In this document: in pieces, positions 21,814 through 31,521 of the stretch
Numbering within the stretch: the first letter of the stretch is position 1
Layout: the number at the start of each line of letters is the position of its first letter
Assembly: GCA_029882355.1 (NCBI GenBank)
Contig: JAOUKV010000009.1
Coordinates: 14,807-78,806, forward strand
Origin: Gammaproteobacteria bacterium
Lineage (GTDB): Bacteria; Pseudomonadota; Gammaproteobacteria; SZUA-229
DNA length: 64,000 nt
Reading direction: 5' to 3'
The notes under the pieces: generated by a model
Databases searched by the model: none
What the model was told of the DNA's origin: nothing
What the model saw: the letters and a program-made list of their open reading frames with translations, nothing else
Made by a program: the position numbers and the translations under genes

Positions 21814-21834
21814 ATTGTAGCAGATTGCTACAAT
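21814..21834. promoter_or_regulatory. Perfect palindromic operator overlapping the extended -10 of the TA operon
   Basis: ATTGTAGCA-GAT-TGCTACAAT (9-bp arms); the minus-strand arm reads TGcTACAAT about 40 nt upstream of the antitoxin ATG. Confidence 0.72.
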
Positions 21835-21891
21835 AGCGCAACCAGCACGGATCAAGTTGGGGTGGATGCGGCGCTTTATGATGGTACGCAA

Positions 21892-21972
21892 GTAGCCCGG
21901 ATGAAGCTTTGCGGAATCCGGGGGTTGGTTATTTGGTTTATCCCAGATTGCGTTGCTCTCCATCCGGGCTAC
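21892..21972. repeat. Inverted doublet of 31-nt GTAG-type REP elements (REPIN-like)
   Basis: GTAG-CCCGGAT-N13-ATCCGGG at 21892-21922 and the inverted copy GTAG-CCCGGAT-N13-ATCTGGG at 21972-21942, with a 19-nt spacer. Confidence 0.82.
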
Positions 21973-22052
21973 GGCACTGGGGCGTCCCAAACCGCATTCC
22001 TACGCGAATCATGGCAACGATAAACCCGCCACTACAGAGTTCCCCCAAAGCC

Positions 22053-22061
22053 TGCTAAAAT
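22053..22061 (+). promoter_or_regulatory. Probable extended -10 promoter of tRNA-Arg-ppiB-lpxH
   Basis: TGCTAAAAT followed by a C-rich discriminator, 14 nt before the tRNA. Confidence 0.55.
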
Positions 22062-22075
22062 CCCCCCTTTAAAAA

Positions 22076-22152
22076 GCCCCGGTAGCTCAGCTGGATAGAG
22101 CGTCCCCCTCCTAAGGGGAAGGCCACACGTTCGAATCGTGTTCGGGGCACCA
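22076..22152 (+). tRNA. tRNA-Arg (anticodon CCT)
   Basis: 77-nt cloverleaf: acceptor GCCCCGG/TCGGGGC, D arm AGCTCAGCTGGATAGAGC, anticodon arm TCCCC-CTCCTAA-GGGGA, T arm ACACG-TTCGAAT-CGTGT, encoded CCA. Confidence 0.97.
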
Positions 22153-22187
22153 TTAATTTAAACATTCCACTGACAAAGGTAACCATC

Positions 22188-22688
22188 ATGTCTAAAACAG
22201 TCATCCTTGAAACCTCCAAGGGTAATATCACGATTGAACTTAATGAAGAAAAAGCACCTGTTACAGTCGCTAATTTCATGAAATACGTGAACGACGGCTT
22301 CTATAATGGCACTATTTTTCATCGCGTGATTCCAAACTTCATGGTTCAAGGTGGTGGTTTCACCGCCGATATGTCGCAAAAGTCCGTTGAAGCGCCGATT
22401 AAAAACGAAGCGGATAATGGCCTTGCCAACCTTCGTGGCAGTATTGCTATGGCTAGAACTAACGACCCGCATTCAGCAACGGCTCAGTTCTTTATCAATC
22501 ATAAAGACAACGGCTTCCTTGACCACACCGCCCCAACGGGACAGGGCTGGGGTTACTGCGTATTTGGTATGGTGACAGATGGTATGGACGTGGTTGATGC
22601 TATGGCTGGTGTTGCAACCGCTAATCACGGTGGACATGGCGATGTACCTACAGAGGCCATCACTATTGATAAGGCTACTGAAGCTTAG
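22188..22688 (+). CDS. ppiB: Cyclophilin-type peptidyl-prolyl cis-trans isomerase
   Basis: [40 protein letters not shown]; upstream of lpxH. Confidence 0.96.
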   Translation: MSKTVILETSKGNITIELNEEKAPVTVANFMKYVNDGFYNGTIFHRVIPNFMVQGGGFTADMSQKSVEAPIKNEADNGLANLRGSIAMARTNDPHSATAQFFINHKDNGFLDHTAPTGQGWGYCVFGMVTDGMDVVDAMAGVATANHGGHGDVPTEAITIDKATEA

Positions 22689-22696
22689 GTCTCTTC

Positions 22697-23422
22697 ATGC
22701 GTGAATGGCTCTTTATATCAGACTTGCATCTCGATCCTGAGAGGCCTGAAATCATTCATCTATTTGAACGATTTGTCGATGAAGTCGCCATTCACGCAGA
22801 ACGACTTTATATTCTTGGTGATTTTCTAGAATACTGGCTTGGCGATGACGATAAGGCTACTGGTCTCGAAGAGGTATTTCAATCACTAAGAAAACTCAGC
22901 GATGCCGGAGTCGATGTGTTTTATATGGCCGGCAATCGTGATTTTTTGGTTGGTGATACTCTCGCAAAAAAATGCGGTTTTAAAATCATTGATGAACCCT
23001 TCATTGAAACCATTAATAATCAGACAGTGCTTTTAATGCACGGCGATAGTCTCTGCACTGATGACACTGAATATCAACAATTCAGATCCGTAGTAAGAGA
23101 TAAGGCCTGGCAGCAACAAATTCTGGCAAGACCACTACTGGAACGTGAACAAATTGCTCGCTCAATGCGCCTACAAAGCGAGTACGCCAATTCTGAAAAA
23201 GATTTCGATATCATGGACGTAAACCAGGATGCTGTCGTCCATAGCATGCAAGAGAATAACGCAAGCTTATTAATTCACGGACATACGCATCGTCCAGCGA
23301 CCCACGAATTTAAAGTTAAGGCTAAGCCCGTCAAACGCATGGTTTTAAGTGACTGGCATAACAAAGGTAGTTACATTCGAATAAGTAAGAACAACGAAGC
23401 CGAACTAATCTCTTTTAGTTAG
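22697..23422 (+). CDS. lpxH: UDP-2,3-diacylglucosamine hydrolase
   Basis: ISDLHL, LGDFLE.W.GDD, GNRDF, HGD.LCTDD, HGHTHRP. Confidence 0.96.
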   Translation: MREWLFISDLHLDPERPEIIHLFERFVDEVAIHAERLYILGDFLEYWLGDDDKATGLEEVFQSLRKLSDAGVDVFYMAGNRDFLVGDTLAKKCGFKIIDEPFIETINNQTVLLMHGDSLCTDDTEYQQFRSVVRDKAWQQQILARPLLEREQIARSMRLQSEYANSEKDFDIMDVNQDAVVHSMQENNASLLIHGHTHRPATHEFKVKAKPVKRMVLSDWHNKGSYIRISKNNEAELISFS

Positions 23423-24127
23423 TCCATCTAAAGAATATTTCTGGTAACTTTCTTCCGGCTGAAAAATTTCAGCACCCACCTTTACTTTCTTGTAAGACAG
23501 CAATAACCTGGTTTTACCGTTGCTATGCCATTCTTGGATCGGCAAGCCTTTTTGGTAATAATCACCTTCGTTATAAACCTGATCAGACAAAAAACAATTG
23601 TTCTGATATTCTACAGGTGTTGCGTTAAGCAGCCGTGATTGCTGACCCGTTAATAATTTTTGATATGATGAAAAAGTAGCTGCCACATCTGCAAGCAATC
23701 CTTCTGCAAGGAGAATATCCATACACTTATCTTTAGAGTTATCAGAAGAAGTAACGCGAAAGTTATAAGTAGATTGCCCCGCTATTTTCGGTGCATCAGG
23801 AAGAATGTAATATTCAATATTAACTGTTTTACTTAGATCGGGTTTTTTATATTCGTATTTTGGGATAACTAGAACCGATTCATCTTGATGTGAAACACTA
23901 TATATAACCTGCTTATTGTCATCATAAATCACATATCCACTTGTATCACCTGCCTGATCAATTCGAAGAAAACTATCGTTTACCGTGAATTTTACCTGAT
24001 AGGTATCAGTTCCAGTTTCCTGTTCCTCATAAATAAGTTCGTAAGCATCAAGTCTTTTTTCTGCATTTGCATTGCAAAAGACAAAAAACAGAATAAATAA
24101 AAAAGCAATATGATTAATTTTAGTCAT
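23405..24127 (-). CDS. Exported hypothetical protein
   Basis: N-terminal signal peptide (ANA/E), 240 aa, two Cys in the mature part. Confidence 0.75.
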   Translation of the reverse strand: MTKINHIAFLFILFFVFCNANAEKRLDAYELIYEEQETGTDTYQVKFTVNDSFLRIDQAGDTSGYVIYDDNKQVIYSVSHQDESVLVIPKYEYKKPDLSKTVNIEYYILPDAPKIAGQSTYNFRVTSSDNSKDKCMDILLAEGLLADVAATFSSYQKLLTGQQSRLLNATPVEYQNNCFLSDQVYNEGDYYQKGLPIQEWHSNGKTRLLLSYKKVKVGAEIFQPEESYQKYSLDGLTKRD

Positions 24128-24135
24128 GGTTGAAA

Positions 24136-24957
24136 TTATCTAGTGTGTCTATTTCGAGCTGCCAGCTCGATTAATTCCTGTTTAGAAAAACCTGCCGCCA
24201 ATCTGGCTTCCTGATTCAATGAATCAAACATCGATTCTTCCATATATTCATCCAGTAATTGATGAAATGTTTCTGAAGAAGAAATTCCGCGCTGACGACA
24301 TAATTCATTGAACCAGTAATTCCCTCTTTCAACATGTCCAATTTCATCACGCTGTATAACATCCATAATACCGGCAAGTTCTACCTCCCCAATACTTTGA
24401 AACTTTTTAATCATTCCCGGCGTCACATCCAGACCTCGTGCCTCCAATACCCTCGGTACCAATGCCATTCTTACCATGACGTCATGATCGGTTTTTACCG
24501 CCATTTCCCATAAACCATTATGCGAATCATAGGCACCATAAAATGATTTTTTTGATTTAAGATAAGCTTCCAATAATGAATAATGCAAAGCTTCTTCAAC
24601 AGCGATATTCAACCAGTCGGTATAGTATTGTTCCGGCATTGCTCTGAATCGATAGACTGCATCCAGAGCAAGATTAATGGCATTAAATTCGATATGTGTA
24701 ATGGCATGTAGCAGTTTTATGCGCGCAGGCTCAGAATTAAAACCTCGCTTTGGAACATCTCTGGGATTAACCAGTTTTGGATGTTCTGGTCTACCCGGTA
24801 TGACAACTCGCTTAGCTGCTTGAGATGGTATTACATTTAGCTGGCCAGCTAACCACTGTTTATTTAAATCACGAACAGCTCGAATTTTTTCACTGGGATC
24901 ATTCAAAACTAGACAATCTAAAGCCCCATCAAATAAATTTATAGTTTTATTACCCAT
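24136..24957 (-). CDS. Ferritin-like domain protein (DUF455 family)
   Basis: PGRP, HAITHIEFNAINLALD, EEALH, LEARGLD, DEIGHV..G..WF di-iron motifs. Confidence 0.9.
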   Translation of the reverse strand: MGNKTINLFDGALDCLVLNDPSEKIRAVRDLNKQWLAGQLNVIPSQAAKRVVIPGRPEHPKLVNPRDVPKRGFNSEPARIKLLHAITHIEFNAINLALDAVYRFRAMPEQYYTDWLNIAVEEALHYSLLEAYLKSKKSFYGAYDSHNGLWEMAVKTDHDVMVRMALVPRVLEARGLDVTPGMIKKFQSIGEVELAGIMDVIQRDEIGHVERGNYWFNELCRQRGISSSETFHQLLDEYMEESMFDSLNQEARLAAGFSKQELIELAARNRHTR

Positions 24958-24983
24958 GGCTATTAGTCTACCAATTAAAGACC

Positions 24984-25014
24984 AAAAAAAAGACCTGCAA
25001 AGCAGGTCTTTTTT
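24984..25014 (-). terminator. Intrinsic terminator after comEA
   Basis: AAAAAAAAGACCTGC-AAA-GCAGGTCTTTTTT. Confidence 0.85.
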
Positions 25015-25033
25015 ATACGATTAAATAGAATAG

Positions 25034-25297
25034 CTATTTAATAATGATGTTATCGGCATTCTTCTTCAAAGTAGCCTCGGCTATACCTTTGACATTCATT
25101 AGCTCTGCTGAAGATTTGAATGGACCATTGGCATCACGATAAGCCACGATGGCCTCAGCTTTTTTCTCACCAACACCAACTAGCTCAGCCGATAATGTAG
25201 CGGCATCGGCTTTATTGATGTCAACTGGAGCTGCAAATACAGATACAGAAATTGAAAGGAGTAAAGATAGTAATACGGATTGAATGATTTTCATCAT
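25034..25297 (-). CDS. comEA: ComEA family helix-hairpin-helix DNA-binding protein
   Basis: Signal peptide; VDINKADA..L...L.GVGEKKAEAIVAYR...GPF.S..EL..VKGI. Confidence 0.92.
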   Translation of the reverse strand: MMKIIQSVLLSLLLSISVSVFAAPVDINKADAATLSAELVGVGEKKAEAIVAYRDANGPFKSSAELMNVKGIAEATLKKNADNIIIK

Positions 25298-25361
25298 AAC
25301 GCTTCCCTGTGTTGTGAATAAGAGCTCTTAAACTACCATAGCCTTTTTAATGATGCAACTG

Positions 25362-26048
25362 TTATATCTGGGCATTAATTTCCTGTAAAACGCGAACAGG
25401 ATCATCTGATTGCGTGACAGGACGGCCTATGACCAGGTAATCTGACCCATTATCTATCGCTTGCCTGGGTGTCATTATTCTATTTTGATCATCTGCATTA
25501 GCATTTTCTGGTCGGATTCCCGGTGTAACCAACAGGAAATCATCACCGCACAGTTGTTTCAACATAGCGGCCTCTTGAGCTGAGCAAACAACTCCATCTA
25601 GACCAGCATTTTTAGTCATCGTGGCTAGTCGTTTCACGAAATCAGCAGGATTCTGATCGATGCCCAACGCTCTCAGTTCATTTTCACCACTACTAGTTAA
25701 CAAGGTAACTGCGATCAAAAGCGGTGAATCATCATCGCAGAGCACATTATGAGCGGCTTCCATCATCGCCGTTCCACCCATACTATGTACATTCACCATC
25801 CATACACCCAGTTCGGCTGCTGATTCACAGGCTTTCGCTACCGTGTTAGGAATGTCATGAAATTTTAGATCCAGAAACACATCAAAACCTGACGAAACCA
25901 TAGATTTGACCAGGCCTGGTCCACAACGCGTGAATAACTCTTTACCAACTTTTAATCGACAAAGCTCCGGGCTCAATTTATCCACCAGCTGCATGGCGGC
26001 GATATCACTCGGAAAGTCGAGCGCTACAATCACTTTTGAATCATTCAT
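25362..26048 (-). CDS. pyrF: Orotidine-5'-phosphate decarboxylase
   Basis: IVALD, KVGKELF, FLDLKFHDIPNTV, VTPGIR; true start MNDSK at 26048, just after the lapB stop. Confidence 0.97.
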   Translation of the reverse strand: MNDSKVIVALDFPSDIAAMQLVDKLSPELCRLKVGKELFTRCGPGLVKSMVSSGFDVFLDLKFHDIPNTVAKACESAAELGVWMVNVHSMGGTAMMEAAHNVLCDDDSPLLIAVTLLTSSGENELRALGIDQNPADFVKRLATMTKNAGLDGVVCSAQEAAMLKQLCGDDFLLVTPGIRPENANADDQNRIMTPRQAIDNGSDYLVIGRPVTQSDDPVRVLQEINAQI

Positions 26049-26050
26049 TT

Positions 26051-27226
26051 CTACGCTGCTTCTATCATTGTTGGTTTTACTTCTGCCCAACTTTGACAGC
26101 TGGGGCATAACCAGTAAAGTGTATTGGACTGGAATCCACAATGCTGACACTTGTAGTCGGAATCATCTTTTTGCATTTTAACTAGAGCCGATTTCAGATC
26201 GAGTAACAAAGTGAGTTCAGCCACATTAGCCTGATTGGTTTTATATTGAATGAGAGAGTGCAGGCCTCTAACATTAGGGTATTTTCTAATCCTGTCTGTC
26301 AGATATTCGATGGCGGACTCTTTACTCTGATATCGCTCAATTACCATCGCATGCTTCTCGATCATGGCCAGTGTCTGATGCCTTAATTCCACATCGGCGA
26401 GATAAACCAATAACTTGTCTGAATCACCCAGGCGATGATAACACTCAATAAGTTGATCGAGAATAATAGGGAAAAACTCTGCATCACGCTTTTCGACCTG
26501 CTCAAAATAGTAGACGGCCTGTTTGTAATTTTTTTTATCCATTTCATGCCTTGCAAGTAAGATGAGTGCACGAATAGAGCCTTTGTCATAATGCAGAGCC
26601 TGATCAGCATTATAAGCAAGCTGACTAATATCACCTTTTGTTTTAGCTATATCAGCTAATTCACAATAATACTGTGAGATTAGGACACCGACATCTGACT
26701 TTCCTTCAGAATACAAATCAATGCCCACATCAATTGCCTTGCGCCAATCTTTTTCCTGTTGAAAGATCAGAATCAGGTTTCGCTTAGCCTCTTCAGATTT
26801 TCTATCATGAATCAGCACTTCTTTAAACAAACCTTCTGCACGATCAAACCATCCTGCCGCGAGATAATCATAACCCAGCTCAAGTAAAACCTTGCTGCGG
26901 TATTCATCGGGTAGTGAAGGCCTGGCAATTAATCCCTGGTGTATTTTTATGGCTTTATCGATCTCGCCATTTTTTCGAAAAATCTTGCCCAGGGCAAAAT
27001 GAGTATCAACAAGATCCCAATCTGTCTCAACCAACTTTAGAAATATATCAAGCGCCTTATCGTGTTCATCATTGAGCAGGAAATTAAGGCCGGTAAAATA
27101 CTCAGATGGTAGTTTACGAGATTTATTTTTATTATTAGAACATCTGCGCCGACTAAACAAGAACAATGTTAATAAAATGATAGGGGTTAATAGCAACCAG
27201 GTTGGCAGCTCAGACAAATCAGTCAC
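26051..27226 (-). CDS. lapB: Lipopolysaccharide assembly protein B
   Basis: N-terminal TM, YFTGLNFLLN, TPRs, C-terminal rubredoxin CQHC...CPSC. Confidence 0.95.
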   Translation of the reverse strand: MTDLSELPTWLLLTPIILLTLFLFSRRRCSNNKNKSRKLPSEYFTGLNFLLNDEHDKALDIFLKLVETDWDLVDTHFALGKIFRKNGEIDKAIKIHQGLIARPSLPDEYRSKVLLELGYDYLAAGWFDRAEGLFKEVLIHDRKSEEAKRNLILIFQQEKDWRKAIDVGIDLYSEGKSDVGVLISQYYCELADIAKTKGDISQLAYNADQALHYDKGSIRALILLARHEMDKKNYKQAVYYFEQVEKRDAEFFPIILDQLIECYHRLGDSDKLLVYLADVELRHQTLAMIEKHAMVIERYQSKESAIEYLTDRIRKYPNVRGLHSLIQYKTNQANVAELTLLLDLKSALVKMQKDDSDYKCQHCGFQSNTLYWLCPSCQSWAEVKPTMIEAA

Positions 27227-27333
27227 AACTTGATTCCCTGGTTAATATTATCTGTATAAAATGAGCGAATCTGCTCGGGGTAGAACTTAAAAAACCGTAT
27301 CCTGATTGATACAGCCAATTTTCCATTTAGTGC

Positions 27334-27627
27334 CTAGCCTTTCTTTAAAGAGTCGTTTACACGCTCTCTAAGCTCTTTGCCTGGCTTAAAATGCGGCACA
27401 TGCTTACCGGGTAATGAAACAGAATCGCCTGTTTTCGGATTTCTGCCTGAGCGTGGTGGCCTAAAGTGCAAGGAAAAGCTACCAAATCCTCTAATTTCGA
27501 TTCTTTCACCACTGGATAACGAATTACTCATTCGTCCCAAAAGGCATTTGACAGCCAGTTCTACGTCCTTGTAGGCAAGATGTGTTTGCTTGCGTGAGAT
27601 CCTCTCAATCAATTCAGACTTCATCAT
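27334..27627 (-). CDS. ihfB: Integration host factor beta subunit
   Basis: [38 protein letters not shown]. Confidence 0.97.
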   Translation of the reverse strand: MMKSELIERISRKQTHLAYKDVELAVKCLLGRMSNSLSSGERIEIRGFGSFSLHFRPPRSGRNPKTGDSVSLPGKHVPHFKPGKELRERVNDSLKKG

Positions 27628-27713
27628 TGACTTTTCTAGTGATTCTTCAGTCATTGTTATTTTGAAACCTTCCTCGATTAACCGTCTTTATTTACCTTAA
27701 TGTAGCAGATAAA

Positions 27714-29390
27714 TTACTTTTTGTTAGCATCCATCTGTTCTTTCAGCAAATCACCTAATGTGGTTGCTGCAGTTTCCTGAGATTGTGAGTAATCTTTCAT
27801 GGCTTCAGATTCGTCTTCGTAATCTTTCGCTTTCACTGAAAGGTTCAGAGCACGGCTCTTACGATCAACACCCATCAATTTGGCCTCAACTTCATCGCCA
27901 ACTTTCAACACCATGCTAGCATCTTCAACGCGATCACGTGAAAGCTCTGATGCACGTAATGTACCTTCAACACCATCGCCTAAGTCAATGATTGCTGCTT
28001 TAGCGTCTACTGATAGCACGGTGCCTTTAACGATAGCACCTTTCTTGTACTCAGCCATATAGGTTGAAACAGGATCCTGCTCCATCTGCTTGATGCCCAG
28101 TGAAATACGCTCACGCTCAGGATCAATTGAAAGTACAACGGCTTCGATGGTATCGCCCTTCTTATAATCACGGATGGCTTCAACACCTTCGACATCCCAT
28201 GAAACATCAGACATATGAACCAGACCGTCGATATCACCGTTCAGGCCAACGAATACACCGAAATCAGTGATTGATTTAATAACGCCTGATACTTTATCGC
28301 CCTTGTTATGTGTCGCAGAGAACTCATCCCATGGATTAGCTTTACACTGTTTCATACCCAGTGAAATACGACGACGCTCAGGATCGATATCCAAAATTGA
28401 CACTTCAACTTCATCACCCAATGTAACTACATTGCCAGGGCTAACGTTCTTGTTAGTCCAATCCATTTCTGAAACATGAACCAAACCTTCAACGCCGTCT
28501 TCAATTTCAACAAAACAACCGTAATCAGTGATATTGCTAACTTTACCAAACAGACGTGAACCTTCTGGGAAGCGACGAGCAATTTCTGCCCATGGATCCT
28601 GACCCAGTTGTTTCAGACCCAGTGATACACGTGTTTTTTCTTTGTCGTACTTAAGAACAACCACGTCGATTTCATCACCCACTTCAACAATTTCTGAAGG
28701 ATGACGAACACGTTTCCAGGCCATATCAGTGATATGCAGCAGACCGTCGATGCCACCCAGGTCCAGGAATGCGCCGTAATCGGTAAGATTCTTGACAACA
28801 CCTTTGATAGTCTTGCCTTCTTCGATGCTTTCCAGCAAAGCTTCACGCTCAGCACTGTATTCAGTTTCAACAACTGCACGACGTGATACCACCACGTTGT
28901 TGCGTTTCTGATCCAGCTTGATTACTTTAAATTCGAGTTCTTTGCCTTCAAGGTAAGAAGTATCTCTAACAGGACGTACGTCAACCAGTGAGCCTGGAAG
29001 GAATGCACGAATATCGCCCATTTCAACGGTGAAACCACCTTTGACTCTACCAGTGATAGTACCAACAACAATTTCTTCCGCCTCGAATGACGCTTCTAGA
29101 GATGTCCATGCTCTTGCACGTTTCGCTTTCTCACGTGATAGACGCGTTTCACCGAAACCGTCTTCAACGGCCTCCAGAACGACTTCAACATCATCGCCAA
29201 CAGCTACTTCTAACTCGCCAGCGAGATTATAAAATTGGTTTTCAGGGATAACACCCTCGGATTTTAGGCCTGCAGAAACAGTGACATAACCATCGTGAAT
29301 TTCAACAACGGTTCCTGTGACAACGGTTCCCGCTGTCATTTCTGTGTGGGCTAGGCTTTCTTCAAATAATTCGGCAAAAGTTTCAGACAT
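27714..29390 (-). CDS. rpsA: 30S ribosomal protein S1
   Basis: [12 protein letters not shown]; six S1 domains. Confidence 0.99.
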   Translation of the reverse strand: MSETFAELFEESLAHTEMTAGTVVTGTVVEIHDGYVTVSAGLKSEGVIPENQFYNLAGELEVAVGDDVEVVLEAVEDGFGETRLSREKAKRARAWTSLEASFEAEEIVVGTITGRVKGGFTVEMGDIRAFLPGSLVDVRPVRDTSYLEGKELEFKVIKLDQKRNNVVVSRRAVVETEYSAEREALLESIEEGKTIKGVVKNLTDYGAFLDLGGIDGLLHITDMAWKRVRHPSEIVEVGDEIDVVVLKYDKEKTRVSLGLKQLGQDPWAEIARRFPEGSRLFGKVSNITDYGCFVEIEDGVEGLVHVSEMDWTNKNVSPGNVVTLGDEVEVSILDIDPERRRISLGMKQCKANPWDEFSATHNKGDKVSGVIKSITDFGVFVGLNGDIDGLVHMSDVSWDVEGVEAIRDYKKGDTIEAVVLSIDPERERISLGIKQMEQDPVSTYMAEYKKGAIVKGTVLSVDAKAAIIDLGDGVEGTLRASELSRDRVEDASMVLKVGDEVEAKLMGVDRKSRALNLSVKAKDYEDESEAMKDYSQSQETAATTLGDLLKEQMDANKK

Positions 29391-29490
29391 AATAGTTAGA
29401 TTATTCGTTTACCTACCCGTAAGAAATCAGTGGTAGATAGACCTGGTTAAGTTAAATAGATGGCCTATGGAATGGTCCCGGCCGCTAATT

Positions 29491-30174
29491 TCAAACTTTC
29501 AACTTAAAACGCTGTTCAACAAGCTGCATGACCTGAGCACATACTTCATCAATACTCAAAGTTGAGGTATCGATAACAATGGCATCGTCTGCGGCTAACA
29601 ACGGTGAAGCTGATCGTGTTGAGTCTCTTTCGTCGCGCTCCTGAAGCTCGACGGTGAGCTGCGAGAGATTAGCACTAACACCCTTCTCTTTCAACTGCTT
29701 ATAACGCCTTTTTGCCCGTTCTTCGGCACTGGCGGTCAGAAATATCTTCAATGCCGCCTCCGGGAAGACGGTTGTACCCATATCACGGCCATCGGCCACC
29801 AAACCGGGCGCTTGAGCGAACGCTTTCTGTTTGTCGAGTAATGCCTGTCGCACTTCTGGAATGGCTGCGATTTTTGAAGCTAGTACGCCGGTAGCTTCAG
29901 TGCGAATAGCCTCAGAGACATTTTCACCGCGCAAATAAATACCCAGCGCACCGCCCGATGTCACGTACTCTATCTGCATATCCCTTGCCAAACCAGCAAG
30001 TTGTGACACGTTACCAAGATCAACATTATCACCAGCACTCAATGCCAGCAGACGATACAGCGAGCCACTATCGAGGATATGCCAGCCAAGTTTTTTAGCC
30101 ACCAATAAACAAACCGTGCCCTTGCCTACACCACTGGGGCCATCAAGGGTCAATACAGGGATATTCGAACTCAT
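29491..30174 (-). CDS. cmk: Cytidylate kinase
   Basis: DGPSGVGKGT, LDSGSLYR, DGRDMGTTVFP. Confidence 0.98.
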   Translation of the reverse strand: MSSNIPVLTLDGPSGVGKGTVCLLVAKKLGWHILDSGSLYRLLALSAGDNVDLGNVSQLAGLARDMQIEYVTSGGALGIYLRGENVSEAIRTEATGVLASKIAAIPEVRQALLDKQKAFAQAPGLVADGRDMGTTVFPEAALKIFLTASAEERAKRRYKQLKEKGVSANLSQLTVELQERDERDSTRSASPLLAADDAIVIDTSTLSIDEVCAQVMQLVEQRFKLKV

Positions 30175-31481
30175 CAGGAATTAGCCTTTAATTCAATGCT
30201 CAAGCCTGCGCTCGAAGCCAGATCGACAAAACTCGGGAAAGATGTGCTCACATTGTCACAGTCTTCTATTTCAATCTTACCTGTGGCACAGAGCGCGGCC
30301 ATGGAAAAAGCCATGGCTATGCGGTGATCATCGTGACTATGCACCGTTCCCGATTGTATCGCCCCCCCCCGTATGACCATGCCGTCATCGGTAGCCCTGG
30401 CATCAACACCCAAAGCCTGCAGACCTTCCGCCATCACCTGAATACGATCACACTCTTTAACTCGCAACTCTTCTGCGCCGGTGATGACCGTTTCACCTTC
30501 TGCACAGGCCGCTGCGACAAAAATTACGGGGAATTCATCAATCGCCAGAGGAACCAGATGCTCAGGAATCACTGCACTTTTTAATTTCGCACTTCTGATA
30601 CGAATATCCGCAACTGGCTCACCGCCTGCCTCGCGTGGATTCAGCAACTCAATATCTGCACCCATCAATTTCAAAATATCAATAACACCAGTTCGTGTCG
30701 GATTAATACCAACGTGTTCCAACGTGATATCAGAGCCTTTTGCAATGCTGGCACCGACCATAAAAAAGGCAGACGATGAAATATCTGCTGGCACATCAAT
30801 ATCGCAGGCAGTGAGCTTTGCCGGACCTTCGAGACACATGGTTGATCCTTTCACTTCTACGGGTACGCCAAAAGCCGTTAACATACGCTCAGTATGATCA
30901 CGTGTTGGAGCAGGTTCGGTGACACAGGTTCTGCCCTCTGCATAAAGACCAGCCAGCAAACAGCATGATTTCACCTGCGCACTGGCCATTGGCATTTCAT
31001 AATTAATCCCGTGTAACTGATGACCGCCTGATATTTTCAATGGCGGCCTACCCTCTGCGGCAGTTTCAACTACAGCCCCCATTTCAGCCAGAGGATTAGT
31101 CACACGCGCCATTGGGCGTTTTGAAAGCGATGCATCACCTTTTAATTCAACATCAAAAGACAACCCTGAGAACAATCCCGCAAGCAATCTCATTGACGTG
31201 CCAGAGTTTCCGACATCTAGTGCATGCTCAGGTTTTTTTAGACCCTGCATACCAACACCATGAACCACAACCTTGCCATCTTCCGGGCCTTCTATCTCAA
31301 CACCCATGGCACGAAAGGCGCGCAGTGTATTCAGACTGTCTTCCCCTTCAAGAAAGCCGCTAATGTGACTAGTGCCTTCTGCGATAGAGCCAAACATAAT
31401 CGATCTATGTGAAATGGATTTATCACCGGGAACACGGATATTGCCTTTTAAGACGCCACCATTTTTCACTGTAAATTTCAT
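30174..31481 (-). CDS. aroA: 3-phosphoshikimate 1-carboxyvinyltransferase (class II)
   Basis: PGDKSISHR, GNSGT, SAQVKS, RDHTE, ELRVKE.DR, DHRIAM. Confidence 0.98.
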   Translation of the reverse strand: MKFTVKNGGVLKGNIRVPGDKSISHRSIMFGSIAEGTSHISGFLEGEDSLNTLRAFRAMGVEIEGPEDGKVVVHGVGMQGLKKPEHALDVGNSGTSMRLLAGLFSGLSFDVELKGDASLSKRPMARVTNPLAEMGAVVETAAEGRPPLKISGGHQLHGINYEMPMASAQVKSCCLLAGLYAEGRTCVTEPAPTRDHTERMLTAFGVPVEVKGSTMCLEGPAKLTACDIDVPADISSSAFFMVGASIAKGSDITLEHVGINPTRTGVIDILKLMGADIELLNPREAGGEPVADIRIRSAKLKSAVIPEHLVPLAIDEFPVIFVAAACAEGETVITGAEELRVKECDRIQVMAEGLQALGVDARATDDGMVIRGGAIQSGTVHSHDDHRIAMAFSMAALCATGKIEIEDCDNVSTSFPSFVDLASSAGLSIELKANS

Positions 31482-31521
31482 TAATTTTTTTCCAGAAATA
31501 TTAAAAATAAATCAAGACTTA

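Noticed and set aside
21840..22010. CRISPR array
   Set aside because: The repeats are inverted and only two, with no regular spacers and no cas genes
22076..22190. tRNA-Arg as the attachment site of an integrated element
   Set aside because: No integrase, no duplicated tRNA 3' end seen; ppiB follows 35 nt downstream, and the TA pair lies on the 5' side
21676..22279. ORFs 21676-21990 and 22055-22279
   Set aside because: They run through the REP doublet/operator or antisense to the tRNA and ppiB; no protein-like features
26049..26150. N-terminal extension of PyrF (likewise those called for SdhA, SdhB, SdhD and YgfZ)
   Set aside because: Longest-ORF artefacts, most overlapping the upstream gene; internal ATGs match the family starts
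30362..30370. G9 homopolymer in aroA as a phase-variation tract
   Set aside because: The frame is intact (IRGGA) and the gene is housekeeping; explained by Arg-Gly-Gly-Ala codons
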